64,000 bases of DNA. Origin: Raillietiella orientalis (Eukaryota). The stretch is taken from contig JAYWIR010000012.1 of assembly GCA_036172245.1 (NCBI GenBank), positions 3,410,001 through 3,474,000 on the forward strand, in the 5' to 3' direction. Positions 18,871-31,079 of the stretch are shown one piece after another (the first letter of the stretch is position 1; each line of letters begins with the position of its first letter). The notes below the pieces were generated by a model. The model saw nothing but the letters and a program-made list of their open reading frames with translations, was not told where the DNA came from and made no database searches. Made by a program: the position numbers and the translations under genes.

Positions 18871-19170
18871 GGACGATGGTGGCATCTGCTTTTGTATAGC
18901 ATCCTCAGTTGGTTAACAACACGACGAAAGAAAAACAGTGTAGGAACTTTAATATAAGTCAACTGACTTGTTAATTCATGTTTGTGATGTTTCACATTGA
19001 GAGTTAGGGCATGTGGTTTTTTTTATTTTGATTTATCGAATTTGCATTCAGCACGTTTTTTTCTGTGTCATTATATATACATATATAATTCTAAGCAGTT
19101 CTGTGTTCTCAAAGGCCGGATTGCTTTCCTCTAATATGAACAGTACGTTCATGTAAGATCCGGGAGAGAA

Positions 19171-21216
19171 ATGCAGCAAGGAGATTTCGATTACGGGCAG
19201 GCAGGAAAAAAACAGGACATGTCGGACAAAGTTGCCCCAAACGCAACAGATGAGAAGCAAAACGCGAAAGTTGTGGTACTTGAACAGCCAGCATCACGTG
19301 CCCTAAGGTTTCGTTATGAGTGTGAAGGAAGATCAGCTGGAAGCCTTCAAGGCGTGAACAGTACGCCGGAAAAGCGTACGTTTCCAACGATTTGTATTGA
19401 AGGTTACAAGGGACCAGCTGTAGTGGTGGTCTCTTGTGTAACCAAAGATCCACCGTATCGGCCTCATCCTCACAATCTGGTTGGCAAAGAAGGCTGTAAG
19501 CGTGGTATATGTACACAGAAAATTGATCAGAGTAATATGACATGTGTGTTTTCGAATCTTGGAATCCAGTGTGTTAAAAGACGTGACATAGAAAGTTCAT
19601 TAAGTATAAGGGAACAGTTACGCGTCGATCCGTTCAATACGGGATTTCATCACATCAGTCTGCCCGGAACAATTGATTTGAATGTAGTACGATTGTGCTT
19701 CCAAGTTTTTATAGAAGGTCTAGAAGCTGGCAAATTTGTAGTTCCATTGGAGCCAGTCGTATCTGTGGAGATATACGATAAAAGTAAGGACATTTTGTCG
19801 TTTACTGTCTAATTTCCCCCACCCCCCTCTCCCTATATAGAAGCAGTAGCAGATTTAGTGATTATCAAATCAAGCCATCATGCAGCATCTGTTGCAGGAG
19901 GATTGGATATGATTCTCCTATGTGAAAAGATTAACAAAGGTGGTTTATGTCTTTGGTTGTTCTGTGTAACACCCCAATTTATCTATTGTGTATTTATTAT
20001 GTACCTCAGATGATATAAAGGTCAGATTTTTTGAAGAATGTCAGGGGCAGGTGGTATGGGAAGCTTTTGGAGAATTTGGTCCCTCCGATGTCCACAAACA
20101 AGTTGCTTTATCTTTGAGAACACCATCCTATTGTGCATTAGAGGTAAAATAACGAAGTAAATTGAAGGGGAAGTATGTTCTGAAGGTACTGAATGAATTT
20201 TGTTATTAAGTTAGATCAAGCAGCCTATCCATGTTATGTTACAACTATTTCGACCCAGTGATGGTGCTACCAGTGAATGTCATCCTTTTAAATTAATGCC
20301 TTTGTTTTCAGGTAATTTCTATCTTTATACTGTAAATATCTGATGATACGTGGTTGTTGAAAATGATTTCTTTTGTGCTGTTTCAGATGATTGTGACATT
20401 CCAAATTCCCTTGCTGCATCGTATCCTCAAGGGGGTCTTATAAAAGAACGGAAAAGAAAGAAGCATGCATCTCATCCTTCCGATCAAAGTTATTTGAAGG
20501 AAAATTTAACTGAAAAAGGTGAGTTTTTTTTTTTTTTTTTTTGGTATTTGCTGATTTAGTATTTCCTCAGAAACTTATTTTACATTAAACAAATAAATTC
20601 AGTGTGCCTTATTATTTTGTTACAGAGGAAGAAGTTCGCCATAAAACCCAAGATGATCATCCAGAGGTGTCTTCTCAGTCAATGGTTTCCCTGTTATCCA
20701 GCATGACTAAACCAGCAGCAGGTACATGCCAGAATGTTGCTGTGATGTATAAATTTTCCCAAAGATGCTTTCAAATTTTCTGCATATAGTAGTGTTGGTG
20801 ATGTGCAACATTCTACCCTTCTTCCATTTTATTCATCGAAAGCCACGAATTTTGACTGCAATTTAACACATCTGGCAGTGAAGCTCACAAAGGAAAATGA
20901 ATCGGATTCCTTGCTGTTTAATGCTTTAAATGGAAAATTAGTTCCAGATTCCATTTATTCTTCTCATCTTAGTCATTCTTACAGTTTGGATAAGAAGGAT
21001 AAAGAATTGTTGGATTTCCCATCTTCTGATTTGGTACCTGAACTTACAAGCAGTCAGAATGCCATGATTGTTTCCTTTGACCTGAATTTGATGGGTTCAA
21101 AATTAAATAGTGATATGGAGTTAGATGCCATTTTATCTTCCGATTTGAATTTATTGGATTGTCAGTTATCGGAAAATATCTCGGCAATTTCATTGGAAGA
21201 TGAACTAATTGCATAA
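19171..21216 (+). CDS. dl: Dorsal-like Rel/NF-kB transcription factor (no ankyrin repeats), about 540 aa
   Basis: Exons: 19171-19783, 19841-19939, 20010-20143, 20215-20311, 20387-20518, 20626-20721, 20765-21216 (1623 nt, in frame). RHD (EQPASRALRFRYECEGRSAGS...VVVVSCVTKDPPYRPHPHNLVGKEGC...FSNLGIQCVKR...IDLNVVRLCFQVF), IPT (ILLCEKINKDDIKVRFFEE...WEAFGEFGPSDVHKQVA...RTP), NLS RKRKK, acidic Ser/Leu-rich tail. An upstream exon cannot be excluded. Confidence 0.95.
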
Positions 21217-21628
21217 TTTATGCATAGGTGTGTGTGCATGCATGTTGGTATATATTCCAACAGCAAAGTTTTAATAACTGACTTGCGTATCTTTTTATAT
21301 AAGACATACAGTTGTTGAGAAAAGGCGTTTTCCCAAATCACTGATTGTTTCAAAATTATCTCGTGAAGCTGCTAAAAGTCATTTAGATCGAACTTTAGCT
21401 GTATGGTTGTCGCCTCAGAATCATTCAATCCAGAGGTGTTACCAATTTTGAACCCCAGAATACCTGAGACATAAAATTTAAAGGCTAATTGGAAAAAAGT
21501 ACTTTATCCGTTATTTGCAGTCAGTCTGTAAATTGGATTATTTGGAGACTGTTGGTCGAAAATGCTTTCGGATCTGTTATTGATGCAGTTCTCCATTCTG
21601 TTTCAAATTAAGTTCCTTTTTGCAGACA

Positions 21629-21634
21629 AATAAA
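21629..21634 (+). terminator. Candidate polyadenylation signal of the Rel gene
   Basis: AATAAA about 410 nt after the stop codon, followed by TG-rich sequence. Confidence 0.45.
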
Positions 21635-24600
21635 AAATCTTGATTACTGCCAAGTGTGTGTTGAAACCGTGTTCACATTTCACGCTTGTTTAGATTTGAC
21701 TTGCAAACACAAAAAAAACACTTATGTTGTGAACCCCGGTGTTTGCTTTTCAAAAGTGGACGTAAGCATATTGCAAGTGAGGTGGAGCTTTCGAATACAT
21801 AATTCTTTAAGGACACAGCAGCAGCCTCGACGCCATCACGTGTTCGGAGGTCTTTGTTTTTATTTAGTATTTAAGAAACGATGTGGGGATTCGAGCAGGA
21901 GATAAAGTACCAAAAGGGTTATGGTTACGCTAGTTTTCGTCTCGACGGCCGAGTTTTTTTTATTCCAGCGTGCTTCTCTTATTTAAAAAGTTAAAATTCA
22001 GGAGAAAGCATTCCAACTTTCAGGAAGCATACGGGATAAGTTGGCATTCACCTGTACGATTGCATCCGGGACTGATGAATAAGCCGATAACAGTGAAAAC
22101 CCATCTAAAGAGTCCGCAAAGTTTTATTTACATGTGTGCTGGGTCCTGGCTGGTAAAACTAAGTCTGGAGAAGGAATTGTGGTGAAATTAGAAGAGGACT
22201 GTTTGGTTTGATGGCGATGAAAAGAATGGTTAGCCTTAAACGACGACAGCACTATCAACCAGTTGCCTTGAGGTTTCCTTGTCTCATTTCGTGTCTCGTC
22301 GTTGGATTGGACTCTGGCGTTTGAGCATCAGGAGATAGTGGTCTCAAGAATTCCATCTCCGCACCGTTCTCAGTTTGCAAAAGTTAGTCCCGAATGTTGA
22401 ATTTCGTTGCATCTTTCAAGCTGGAGCTCTTGGATACTGACCCGGACGAAAGAATCGCAAAACTTGTCGTGATTACGTTTCTGGAAGAGTCCTCCTGCCC
22501 CCTGCTTTCCTTTGACTCAGCATACGTTTGAGTGCATGAGAAGAAACCACGTGTCGTTTCCTTGAAATGTCAGGTCTTCTTGCTGCCTTTAGAACTTCAT
22601 GCAGTTAGCGTGCCCTCTTTGAAGGAAAGAACTTCACGGACAATCCTCACCTTTCAAGTGAGGCACGATATTCCTACGAAACGGATCTGCATACCTCATT
22701 TCCGGTGTAAAATCCTTCATTTTTTTTTTTTTTTTTTTTTACGTAAGTTAACAGTGCAGTTCAATTCCAATGCCGAATGCACTCGGAAAGCGTCTTTTTG
22801 CGTTCAGAAAGGTTCAGTAAGTTTGGATTTGTGAAATGAGACGCAACCGTGTTAAAGATCCAATACATGGAAAAGTAGGGTAAATGCAATTGTGGGTTGT
22901 GGTACAAACAGTCTCTCGTATATTTGGGTGAATGCGCAGTGGTATTCTAAACCTTTTGGGGAGTAATGGCCTAAGGAAATGGAAAGGATGGACAGGGCAC
23001 TTGACTAAATCATACCTTTAACTTATGCTTTATTCTTGTGCCATTTGGTGTTTTCAATAAATATTTTGTTCGGATGTGGACCGCACTTTGGATCTGACTG
23101 AACTGACCTACGTGTGTAGAAGGTATTTTGAACATCATCCCCCCCCCCCCCCATCATCTGAACAACATTCCCCAAATCTTTCATTCGAGGAAACATTTCC
23201 CAGACTACACTGTTAACGTAATTACAAAAGTTATCTCGTGCTCAAAATGCTCAATCTTCTCTGGACTTTAGGGGCTCCCCACATTAACATAAAATTCGCA
23301 CTTTGGAAAGCGACGGAAGCCGTCCGATGCCCGAGTTCACATGGATGTGCTGTGACTTTTCTGACGGCGAAATAATGCGTTTCGTCGAAGTACATTTTTT
23401 TTTTTTTTTTTTTCCTATTTGGAAAGAGACGGATTGTATTTAAGCCAAGCTTAGCAATTTGCGTTCCAAATGGACAAATCAGTTCAACCGTTGTCCTTTG
23501 AAAGTGTTTTCCTTCAAGTATTCGCTGGAATGATAAATGATGTTGCCGCTTATGGCGTGTCCACCTGATGAGTAGGTAGATACATCGTTTGACAATAAAT
23601 AAATAAACCAAAGTGGTATCGAAAAAAAAGCAACCTGCAGTCAATGGTAGCGACTGATTTGATGCTTGTGAATCGTAAAGATGTTTAAAACATTATTTGG
23701 TAACTTTCTTGCATTAACGGGAGGCTCTCCACCTGTCTCAAGAATCGTGGTCTACCCTTCTGAAGAAAAAAAAAATATTGGATTTGTTACTGCCAGAGAT
23801 GCTTGCTCGATTTGGAATTAGTGGCAGTAATTAGAATCAAAATGGTATAGCAAGCCAGAAACCCGGCGCGTTAGTCGAAGGTATTTACACACCGGTTCAT
23901 ACCATGTTCGTGAGTTGGATGAGAAATATTTAATCGTACAAAGAATGCTGATTTTACCCGATGCGTTTGTGAAAGCATAAATATTTGAACAGTTTTTTTA
24001 TTGCGATGTGTTTTTTTTTTTTTTTTTTTCCTCTCGTAAGCGTCGAATGGAATTCCCCGTTCCACACGCACGGGTAAGTGAAGCAAGCATTTTGATGCGT
24101 AAAAGAAACTTTTCGACTTGGCAGCACGGGCTCGTGACCGGACAACCGCTTGTCGAGACGAACAGCGCGCGAAACGCTGCCGTTGTTCGTGTCGACGAAT
24201 GGAGGCAAATGCGAGCGATGCCGGCGCGCCGTCGCAAGCTGTGTGTTCCGACGAAAACGCGAGCGATACTCTCCAAGGTATTTGAACATTTCACGGATTT
24301 CTTTCCCGCTGGCAAACGTCGTGTTTTTCTTTTTTTTTTTTTTTTTTTTTTGCCTTTCGAAAGTTGCAGACGCTCGCTCGTCTCGATGGGGGACGCAGCC
24401 GTGGCTGCCTGGGAACCGTGGAGGCGCGCGTTTCCATGGTGGTTGCGTGGATTCGCTCTTGCGTTCCCCCTGCCGCGAATGGCTTTGGCTGTTATCACCG
24501 AGGTGTGCCGACCGTTTGTCTCGGGTTGGTGGGGGGGGTCCCTTGGCCGGGGTCACGTGCTCGGGTCACGTCGGATCCGCATCGACCGCGAGCTCCAGGG

Positions 24601-26672
24601 TGTGCGTGTCTCATCCAGCCGCGAAGAAACTCGAAGAGGATGGGCTGAACTTGCCGTGGTGGACGACCACGGCCGCAGCAGCAGCACTTCGCGACCCCGC
24701 ACGCGTGTTTTCTGCGCGTTTCCAGTGCGAAAGACGTGGAAAACGAACCACAGGTGGATGACTGCCGGAGCGATGACGGACGTTCGCCTGAGGCAAAGCC
24801 CAAGGAGAGATCCAACAGTTGCCACCGCTCTTGATCGCATCCTTTCCAGTTCTTAGCAGACAGACGGAAAGCAGCAGCAAGTCACAATAAGAATGCGCAG
24901 ATGATTTTTTTTTTTTTTTCGCTTCGAAGGCCAAGAGATCCAGAATTTCGAGTTCCCTATTGAGATTAACCGGAGACCGCGTACACCTTTTCCGTAGTGT
25001 ACGCAGCGCACCCTGGTAGCAACCGAATGTCTTTTTCTTCCTCGTGTCCTCACACTGCGCTCGCTTGTAGTAATTCTCAGGTTTCGACCACGAGAGCTCG
25101 GTCCACACCAACGGCAACGTCTCTTTGTATATATTTGTTCTCTCGTCTATCTTTCCATCCGTGCCTTGGCACTTCTCCTCCCGAAGAGCGATTCCCGAGA
25201 CTCAACAACCATATGTACCTTCCTGCCCCAGCTCCGGCATCCAAGCCTGTGCAAAGAAAACGTCCTCGGCCTGGAAGATATTGTACTCGCTTGTACTCGG
25301 AAGAAAACGAAAATGGATTGTGTAATGTACTTACCACGAATCGCCTGAGCATCTCTCTCTGCTGGGATTATTTCCCACGGTGCCAAAAGAAAACCATAAC
25401 CAGCAGCAGCAGCAGTTGCTGCTCTTCATCCGATTTTTTGATAAATCTGAAAAAATGCATTTTTTTTCTGGGAGGGGGGGGGGGGGGAGGGAGGGGGCTT
25501 TATTTTTGCCGAAACTCTATCGTAGAATATCGCAGTTCTGGAAAGTTAGGCAGAAGCGCACTCTTCTGCAGTTATTCGTCGGAGGCTGATCGGTGTGTCC
25601 GTGGAGCAGGAAAGAGGGGGAGGGGCTCTCCGCTGTATCACCGAGCCGTTGTCGGATACGCTTCGAGCGAGGATAAAAAATTGATTTTGGGGGTCGGAGC
25701 CGTCGTCAGCTCGTGGCAACTCCGCGAACGTTGAAAGTTTGCAAGCGAAGAAGTTTCGGCGATCCCGAGAACGCGTGCAAAGGCGTCGTACGAGAACAAC
25801 CGAAAAGCCTGCTTGTCGATTGTTCGTAAGGTACGCATCACGGAAATGACGGTTGTCGCACGCGCTGGGAGCTCCTCCCCCTCTCGGATGTACAGAACGG
25901 TCCTCGGCCTTGCGCTAAAAGAGTACAGACGGCCTGTCAGCATGTTGCGATTTGCTTTATAATCATCACGTCTCAGCAGATTTTTCACGGGAACCTTCCT
26001 CGCCAACAGTTAAATCATTAATCGAAGCGGACTGCTGATGATAAAGCATTGTTCGTAACAAACCATCTTCATTTCACAGCCGTGATATGGCTCTCCCCCC
26101 CCCCCCTCTCCTCCTCCGCCAAATATCTTCATCGATTACGATCGGAGCATGGAGCGACACCTTGTAGTGCAGCGAATCTTGGAGGGGGGGGGGGGGGGGG
26201 ATTGTGTTTTTGGAGTGTAATTTGGATGCTGGATAGACAGTAGGACAGAGTACTCGATCGGATCCTTCAGTACCGAGGGATCCTGGTCCACGTTTGTGAA
26301 GGTTTCTTGTTCGAAGGGTGCTCTCGTGTCCTTAGGAATAAAAAGTAAAGCAGCGTGTGAACAGCTATCATTTTGCTTTTCGTCTCTGTTTTTCTAAGCG
26401 GGATTACTGGAGCTCTTTGCCGATTATTTCGACAGTGTACCATTTTAGTACACATGCTGAGCAATGCCGAAGAATAGGTGTGCTTTCGCACACTTTGTTC
26501 TGTACATCATTATGCTATCAAATCTCCTGCCCCTCCCCTCCCCCCCCCCAAAAAAAAAAAAAAAAATAAAAAATAAAAATAAAAATAAATGAATGAATAA
26601 ACATGAAATAACGTGAAATAACATTTTACTTTTGTGTGTGCGTGCGTGCGTGCGTGCGTGTGATAATTGTAG

Positions 26673-27234
26673 GTCCACCCGTCCAGCCTGTTCCAAATGA
26701 TGGAAGGCACAGAAGGAAATCGTGCAGGGTGATATTTCGGAAGGACACCCACTATGTGGACGAACATCTCGCACGCAAGGATTTCGAGGTCATCACTGAA
26801 GCGATTTTCTCCAAAAGGAAAAGAAAGCGCAAAAAGTGGAAAAAGATCAAAGGTACTTTGCATTCCATTGTGTATGCCCGAGTTTCCATCAGCGTCTTCT
26901 AAAACCTTGGACTTGTTGTTTGCCCTCGGCTTCCATTTCTAATTTGGCTTATGGCTTTCAAATTGATCACCTTGCATTTGCGCAGAGCGATTGATTCTTC
27001 TTCCCGGATGGGAGAGGACGCGTGATTCCAGGGATGCTCGATAAAGAGGCCAAGTGATACGATCGCGCAGCTGATTAAGGGAAGATCGGTGTTGTATGTT
27101 ATGATTAAAGGAAGATCGGTATCGTTGTATGATCGTCATCCGAACGTGCATCGTTACAACGTGCCCATCTCGAAGATCCTCAGTTTTCACGCTTTTTTTT
27201 AATAGCCGTTAGTGGAACATCAGGTAATGAAGCT

Positions 27235-27269
<35 letters not shown>

Positions 27270-28333
27270 AAAAAAAAAAAAAAAAAAGGCATAACAGCGT
27301 TGGTAATATTCCTTCATTGTCCGGCTATTCTTCAGGGCTAACATTTGTGTACTTTTTCGTACTTGTCATCAGCAGGTTATGCAGACTTTTTGGAGGAGGG
27401 CGAAAGAAATAAAGTGCTTCTTGACTGAGGAAAACACTTCCTTCTTACATACTGAGATCAGAATGCGTTTATTCTTTCTGTAGTCCGAAAACACACACAC
27501 ATCGCAATAGGGGTTTTTGTAGCTTTTAAGTGAGGATCGGGAAATGTCCAAAGTCGAATGGAACAGTCCTTGGACCATCTTGAGGTAAGGAAAAGCGTAA
27601 GGAAGCACCCGAGAAATCATCCGGCGGCGGATTTTCCCCATCGATTCACATCAGTGTCGTGGTTGACCTCAAACCTATCTGTACCACAGCATCGAAACAC
27701 ACGTGGGTGATCATAAATTCGTCGGGACTGGAAGCTGCGGGACGAAAGGTCGTACCAATGCTTTCCACGCCGGTCACGAGGCCAAGTACCGAGGTTTTCG
27801 CACCGACCACGTGAAAGAGGGATCTCTCTTTCGCAGTTCGATCTTCCAGCGTGCAAAAGCGCCGTTTCTCCTCTGTCGGAGACGGATGTGGGGTGAAAAG
27901 TGCGCGTTCCCGTAGGAACCGCGAACCGATCGACATTTCCGTCTTCACGGTCTTGTGATCTTCCGTGTGTCTTCATGGTGTATGCGTGTCTTGTGGCGCC
28001 AGGTTCAATTCTTCCTCGCAACTTCCCAACTTCGGTGTTAATTATCGGCAGTCGAAGAGGGCGAGAGGGGGGGAGGGGACACACACACACACATATGTTT
28101 CCCCACTGTTACTTTTCATGAGCGTAATGAATTCGTGTATCTTTCTTCCAGGCGAAGGACTGCCGGTTTGCTTCAAATGCGAGGGTCCTGCGAAGGCTCC
28201 GGAAATCTGCATGTGGTGTAGTTGCGCGTGTTGCAAGCTGTGTTGGCTCGAAATTTGGAGAACGACGAGAACATGCCCGGAATGCCAAAAGGATTTTCGG
28301 AAGCGCGACCTGCTGAGGCTCATAATCAAGTAA
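26673..28333 (+). CDS. Partial gene: basic exon plus terminal exon encoding a C4C4 (TRIM37-like) RING finger
   Basis: Terminal exon 28152-28333 follows a good acceptor (ctttcttccag) and reads GEGLPVCFKCEGPAKAPEICMWCSCACCKLCWLEIWRTTRTCPECQKDFRKRDLLRLIIK*, i.e. C-x2-C-x9-C-x2-C-x4-C-x2-C-x10-C-x2-C. Candidate upstream exon 26673-26852 (ttgtag|...aaag|gtac, 180 nt, KRKRKRKK) is phase-compatible. 5' exons not found. Confidence 0.6.
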
Positions 28334-29827
28334 TCATCAGCGGGTCGAAGTGCATGCGTATGTGTGCACAAACAACACGTGTGTGCGCACTACTGATTTT
28401 CGGAAAAGCGCATCACTCGCCTGATTGGCACTCCCTGCCCTGTGCGGTACGGGAGGGCGCGTGATCTAACTCCTTGTCGGTTTCACAGAGCAAGTGTTCA
28501 CATTTCGAACATCTGAATAGCTTTCCAGTGTAAACACTACAAAACAGCATATGGCGCCGTAATACTTCAAACTGCGGAACACACACACACGTAAGATTGT
28601 TTTTCCAGCTCCGGTTACTTTTATTGGGGGAGAAGGGGGGGGGGGGGTTAAGGTAGGATTTCCAGGAAAATCGTCAGAGCTACTGCATCTGTGTGATGAT
28701 TCCCTTCGGTTAACTTTTCGTCGATTTTTGTTTTTTTGTTTTTTGCTTCTTTTCTTTCTTCCCAGCATGGAAAAACACTTTGTCGGGTATTTTCACGAAT
28801 TTTCAAAGAAGGGTCTTCACGTGTTTTTTTTCTCTCTCTTTCGCACACACCTCTGTCCGTTGGTCAGCAACCTAAATTCAGTGGGGTTCAGTTTGTGCGC
28901 ACCCTCCTGTAATCACCTGCTGATTTTTCGACGAACCGGGTCGGTTTTCTCATCGGGCTTTCGCATCCACAGTGGTGATCCACGGAGAGTCGTCTGCACC
29001 CGCAGGGGAGGTCGTTCTCTTCAACTGCATTCTCGGACCGTCGGAACTTTCATTTACGTAAGGCGTTTTTTTGTGCAAACATTTTGTCATCTTGGCGATA
29101 CGTCTACGTTTCCCCTCGGACCGTGCTGGCGCGGTTGTTTCGTCGAGTACACCTTTTCGAGGTGGAAGGCGGTGTAACCCCCCCTCCGAACCACAATTTC
29201 CACGCAGTTTTCTCCACCCAGCGTCACTCACCCAACGTGTTGTGTGTGTGTGTCACGGTTCTTGTTTTCGTCGGTCTCGAATTTTTTTCCCTTCCTTTTT
29301 ATTTACTTCCGAGCCTCATAGGGAGGATCTGAATCCCAGAGTTCAACCTTAGCCAAGAATGTTTTGACAACGGCCGATTCGATGTGGCATAAATGGTACA
29401 GCTTGTGGTGATTTCACGTGAACCTGAATCTGTTGCCGCGAAAACCAGCTGCCAGTTTGCCCTTGATAAATGGTCGAGGAAAACTTTGTGTGGAAAAATT
29501 TTCCGACGGAAGCGGCAGGAATGATGGAAGCAGCGAGGGTCGTGACCGCATTTGGCGCTCTTCCAACAACATGCGACCTTTGTTCCTGGGATTTCTGGTT
29601 TTTAGGCCCCCCGTTTCTGCCTCCAGACAACGTGAAGAAGACCCGGCGCATTATGAATTACCGTCCGTTCCAAGCAAACACCGACGAGTGACCTTAGTCC
29701 GTTTTTCGGCCGGTGTGGTCCAGCGTCCGTCGTGTTTGGCCCGTGTATTTCCACGTGGCTTACAGACCCGTGAATTCCAGGAAACGGCAGCTCGGCTTGC
29801 GACCGCAACATCTTCGACGAGTGGCGC

Positions 29828-29859
29828 CAGCGGACCTTTGCGATCGCAAAGGTCCGCTG
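29828..29859. repeat. Perfect 32-bp palindrome
   Basis: CAGCGGACCTTTGCGA|TCGCAAAGGTCCGCTG with no spacer. Confidence 0.95.
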
Positions 29860-30384
29860 ATGAATTCTTCAGCTATTCCCGAATTGGCGCCCTCCCCAGA
29901 GCTATCCTCATCAAAACCTGGATAATACTACATTTCAACTTCACTGCTAAAGGTGAAGTGAAGAAAGTAGACGTACGAGCTGGTGTTAAATAGAGACTGT
30001 GCTTCCAACGTGCGAGTTCATTTAAATATGGGGATGGAAAATTCGGCTTCACCCACTTGGCTAACGATTGTTCTTTTGTTTGTTTGTGCTGTTAATAAAC
30101 AAGGAGGATTATTTGTTCGCCCGGCGTATTAGACGTTTCGTTCAAGGCGAACAATTTACACCCCGAACAAGGTGGAAGAGGTGAAATGGATGGAGCACTT
30201 GGTTATGGACCGGCTTTTCGTTTTCATTTCTTCGGACTTCGAGCGAGCCGTGCACCTGCCATTCTGCCGTTTCTATAGCTTTATAGAAAGAAATGTAATC
30301 GGTGGGTTCCACGGGAGTTCTTTTCCGGCTTCCCAGCATGTTGAGGATTTTGGCGCCAATTCGGGAATAGCTGAAGAATTCATC
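29859..30384. repeat. Perfect 33-bp inverted repeat pair (29859-29891 and 30352-30384)
   Basis: GATGAATTCTTCAGCTATTCCCGAATTGGCGCC and its exact reverse complement 460 bp later. No clear target-site duplication. Confidence 0.9.
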
Positions 30385-30626
30385 CGTTGGCGTGCGCGTG
30401 CTTGAGGATGCTGGCGAATGTTTGTTCCTTCGAGGAGAACTAAACTGCTGCGGAGCGCATGTACCATCGTTTTTTTTTTTTTTTTTTTTTCTTTCTGCCA
30501 TCCAAGGTTTTGCATCGGCCAAGGTTTCGGTGAGTTTGAACGGTTCAGACTGAGGTGCCAATGCGCAGTTGCGCTGTTATTTGAACGAAACCTCGAAGGA
30601 AGAGCGCTTGAGAGACACCTCTTTAA

Positions 30627-31079
30627 CCCTTTGGGTGCCATCAGATGGCGCGGCGAGTCACAGCTGGACGGAACGCTTCTTCGCGTACGTCGAGCTGCCG
30701 ATTGGCTTTATATAAAGTGCCGATTCAAGCTGCTATTGCAAGTTATGTACACCACCACATTAAATAAAATGTTTCCGTTTTTCCCAAACACATTTATTGA
30801 AAAATTATCATCATAGTTCGGATAATTTGATCATTCATTCATATTTTTAAGAGATCACAAAGACGAAAGACAGCGTAATAAATTCGATACGGTGCCGACG
30901 AAAAACCGAGAATAGTTAGCCGATGTACACAGAATTTTGTTCACTGTCGTTGCTAAGGGAATTCCAAGAGCGTAAGTGCATGTGTCCACCTCAACCACTG
31001 ACAGTAGTGTCAACGTGTGTGTCGCGTGTGTACAAGCATTTGCCAGACGCGCATCTATGCGCCCATGGCACTCAAAGGG
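30627..31079. mobile_element. Non-autonomous piggyBac-type element (MITE), 453 bp
   Basis: TTAA at 30623-30626 and 31080-31083 flank 15-bp TIRs CCCTTTGGGTGCCAT / ATGGCACTCAAAGGG (1 mismatch), with short subterminal palindromes and no transposase ORF. TTAA duplication and CCC termini are piggyBac hallmarks. Confidence 0.88.

Noticed and set aside
23950..26010. Long ORFs at 24008-24856, 24997-25734 and 25638-26006
   Set aside because: The first two run through homopolymers and none shows a recognisable motif; I could not link them to the RING exons by splice phase.
27072..27131. Two copies of a 30-bp tandem repeat
   Set aside because: Simple local duplication with no further structure.
29823..29891. 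Hammerhead ribozyme (stem, CUGAUGA, ...GAA, closing GGCGCC)
   Set aside because: No stem II pairing, GAAU instead of GAAA, and no NUH cleavage triplet.
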